Assembly: GCA_027491435.1 (NCBI GenBank)
Contig: JAOZFG010000043.1
Coordinates: 1 to 26,930, forward strand
Reading direction: 5' to 3'
Origin: Thermoproteota archaeon
GTDB lineage: Archaea; Korarchaeota; Korarchaeia; Korarchaeales; Korarchaeaceae
Length of the DNA stretch: 26,930 nt
In this document: piece by piece, positions 26,584-26,930 of the stretch
Layout of the letters: each line of letters begins with the position of its first letter
How positions within the stretch are numbered: position 1 is the stretch's first letter
Translations under genes and position numbers: made by a program
The notes under the pieces: generated by a model
Told to the model about the DNA's origin: nothing
Databases searched by the model: none
Seen by the model: only the letters and a program-made list of their open reading frames with translations

Positions 26584-26930
26584 GGTGCTGTCGGTGCTGT
26601 CAACTTAAGGCAAGGCTATGGTTATAAGCAGGGTTGCTGATGTCATATGGAACTGAAAGAGAGTCAATTCAACTCCACCAGAGAGCGGACCCCTGCAGTC
26701 ATAGCCCACTCCCTGCTTACTTTTGGGCCTGCTAGGCGTGTCAGCCAGCTTAGCCTTGCTAGGCGTTAGGGGCCATGAAGGTAAGTAAGGTACAGGTTTA
26801 GGCAGGATGAGCGAGATCATGGCTGTTAAAAGCAAGGGAGTGGCTGTCGTGGACGAGACAGTTGTGAACTTCGCTGTAAGGTTTACTGGGGTGGCGCTGG
26901 ACCCTGAGACAGGCTTTCTAGCTTGAGCTT
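26584..26930 (+). mobile_element. degenerate IS6-family element (transposase pseudogene), running to the window edge
   Basis: Terminal GGTGCTGTCAACTTAAGGC with the first 9 bp tandemly duplicated. Fragmented frames read RERTP..., LALLGVRGHE and AVVDETVV...VALDPETG, resembling the first DDE motif of archaeal IS6 transposases. Confidence 0.7.

Noticed and set aside
26651-26693. AACTGAAAG and CCAGAGAGCGGACCC inside the IS as further CRISPR repeat pieces
   Set aside because: They are in the wrong order and spacing, and equivalent sequence occurs in the 18566 IS relic, so they belong to the transposase remnant.
26458-26835. ORFs 26458..26640 (+) and 26605..26835 (-)
   Set aside because: They cross the leader, repeat and IS junctions and are better explained as chance frames.

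Overview
Archaeal chromosomal window from a probable (hyper)thermophile. This is inferred from heavy AGG/ATA codon use, tightly packed or overlapping genes and archaeal gene families. Intact smc-scpA-scpB in this background suggests a lineage such as Korarchaeia rather than a classical crenarchaeote (inference only). Bases 1-14.5 kb are dense. They hold a 5'-truncated surface protein, a membrane protein, a VirB11/CpaF-like ATPase and a TadB/C-like membrane protein. Next come an unusually short SMC (764 aa) with scpA and scpB, then pyrD, a UPF0282 metallo-hydrolase and tmcA. These converge on a minus-strand run of Trm9-like methyltransferase, elp3, an ornithine cyclodeaminase-family gene and a SAM methyltransferase. 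Bases 14.5-26.9 kb are more accessory. They hold an RHH/aspartyl protease pair, exonuclease III, a decayed DUF6516 toxin-antitoxin-like pair, three IS6-like ends or relics, a Holliday junction resolvase-like nuclease, a metallophosphoesterase, a winged-HTH regulator, several secreted proteins and small housekeeping genes. At the right end is what looks like a CRISPR leader-repeat-spacer unit whose second repeat is cut by an IS6 relic. The most notable observations are the miniature condensin, the coupled trm9-elp3 wobble-uridine module and the IS-truncated CRISPR-like unit. All calls come from motif recognition by eye; no searches were run.
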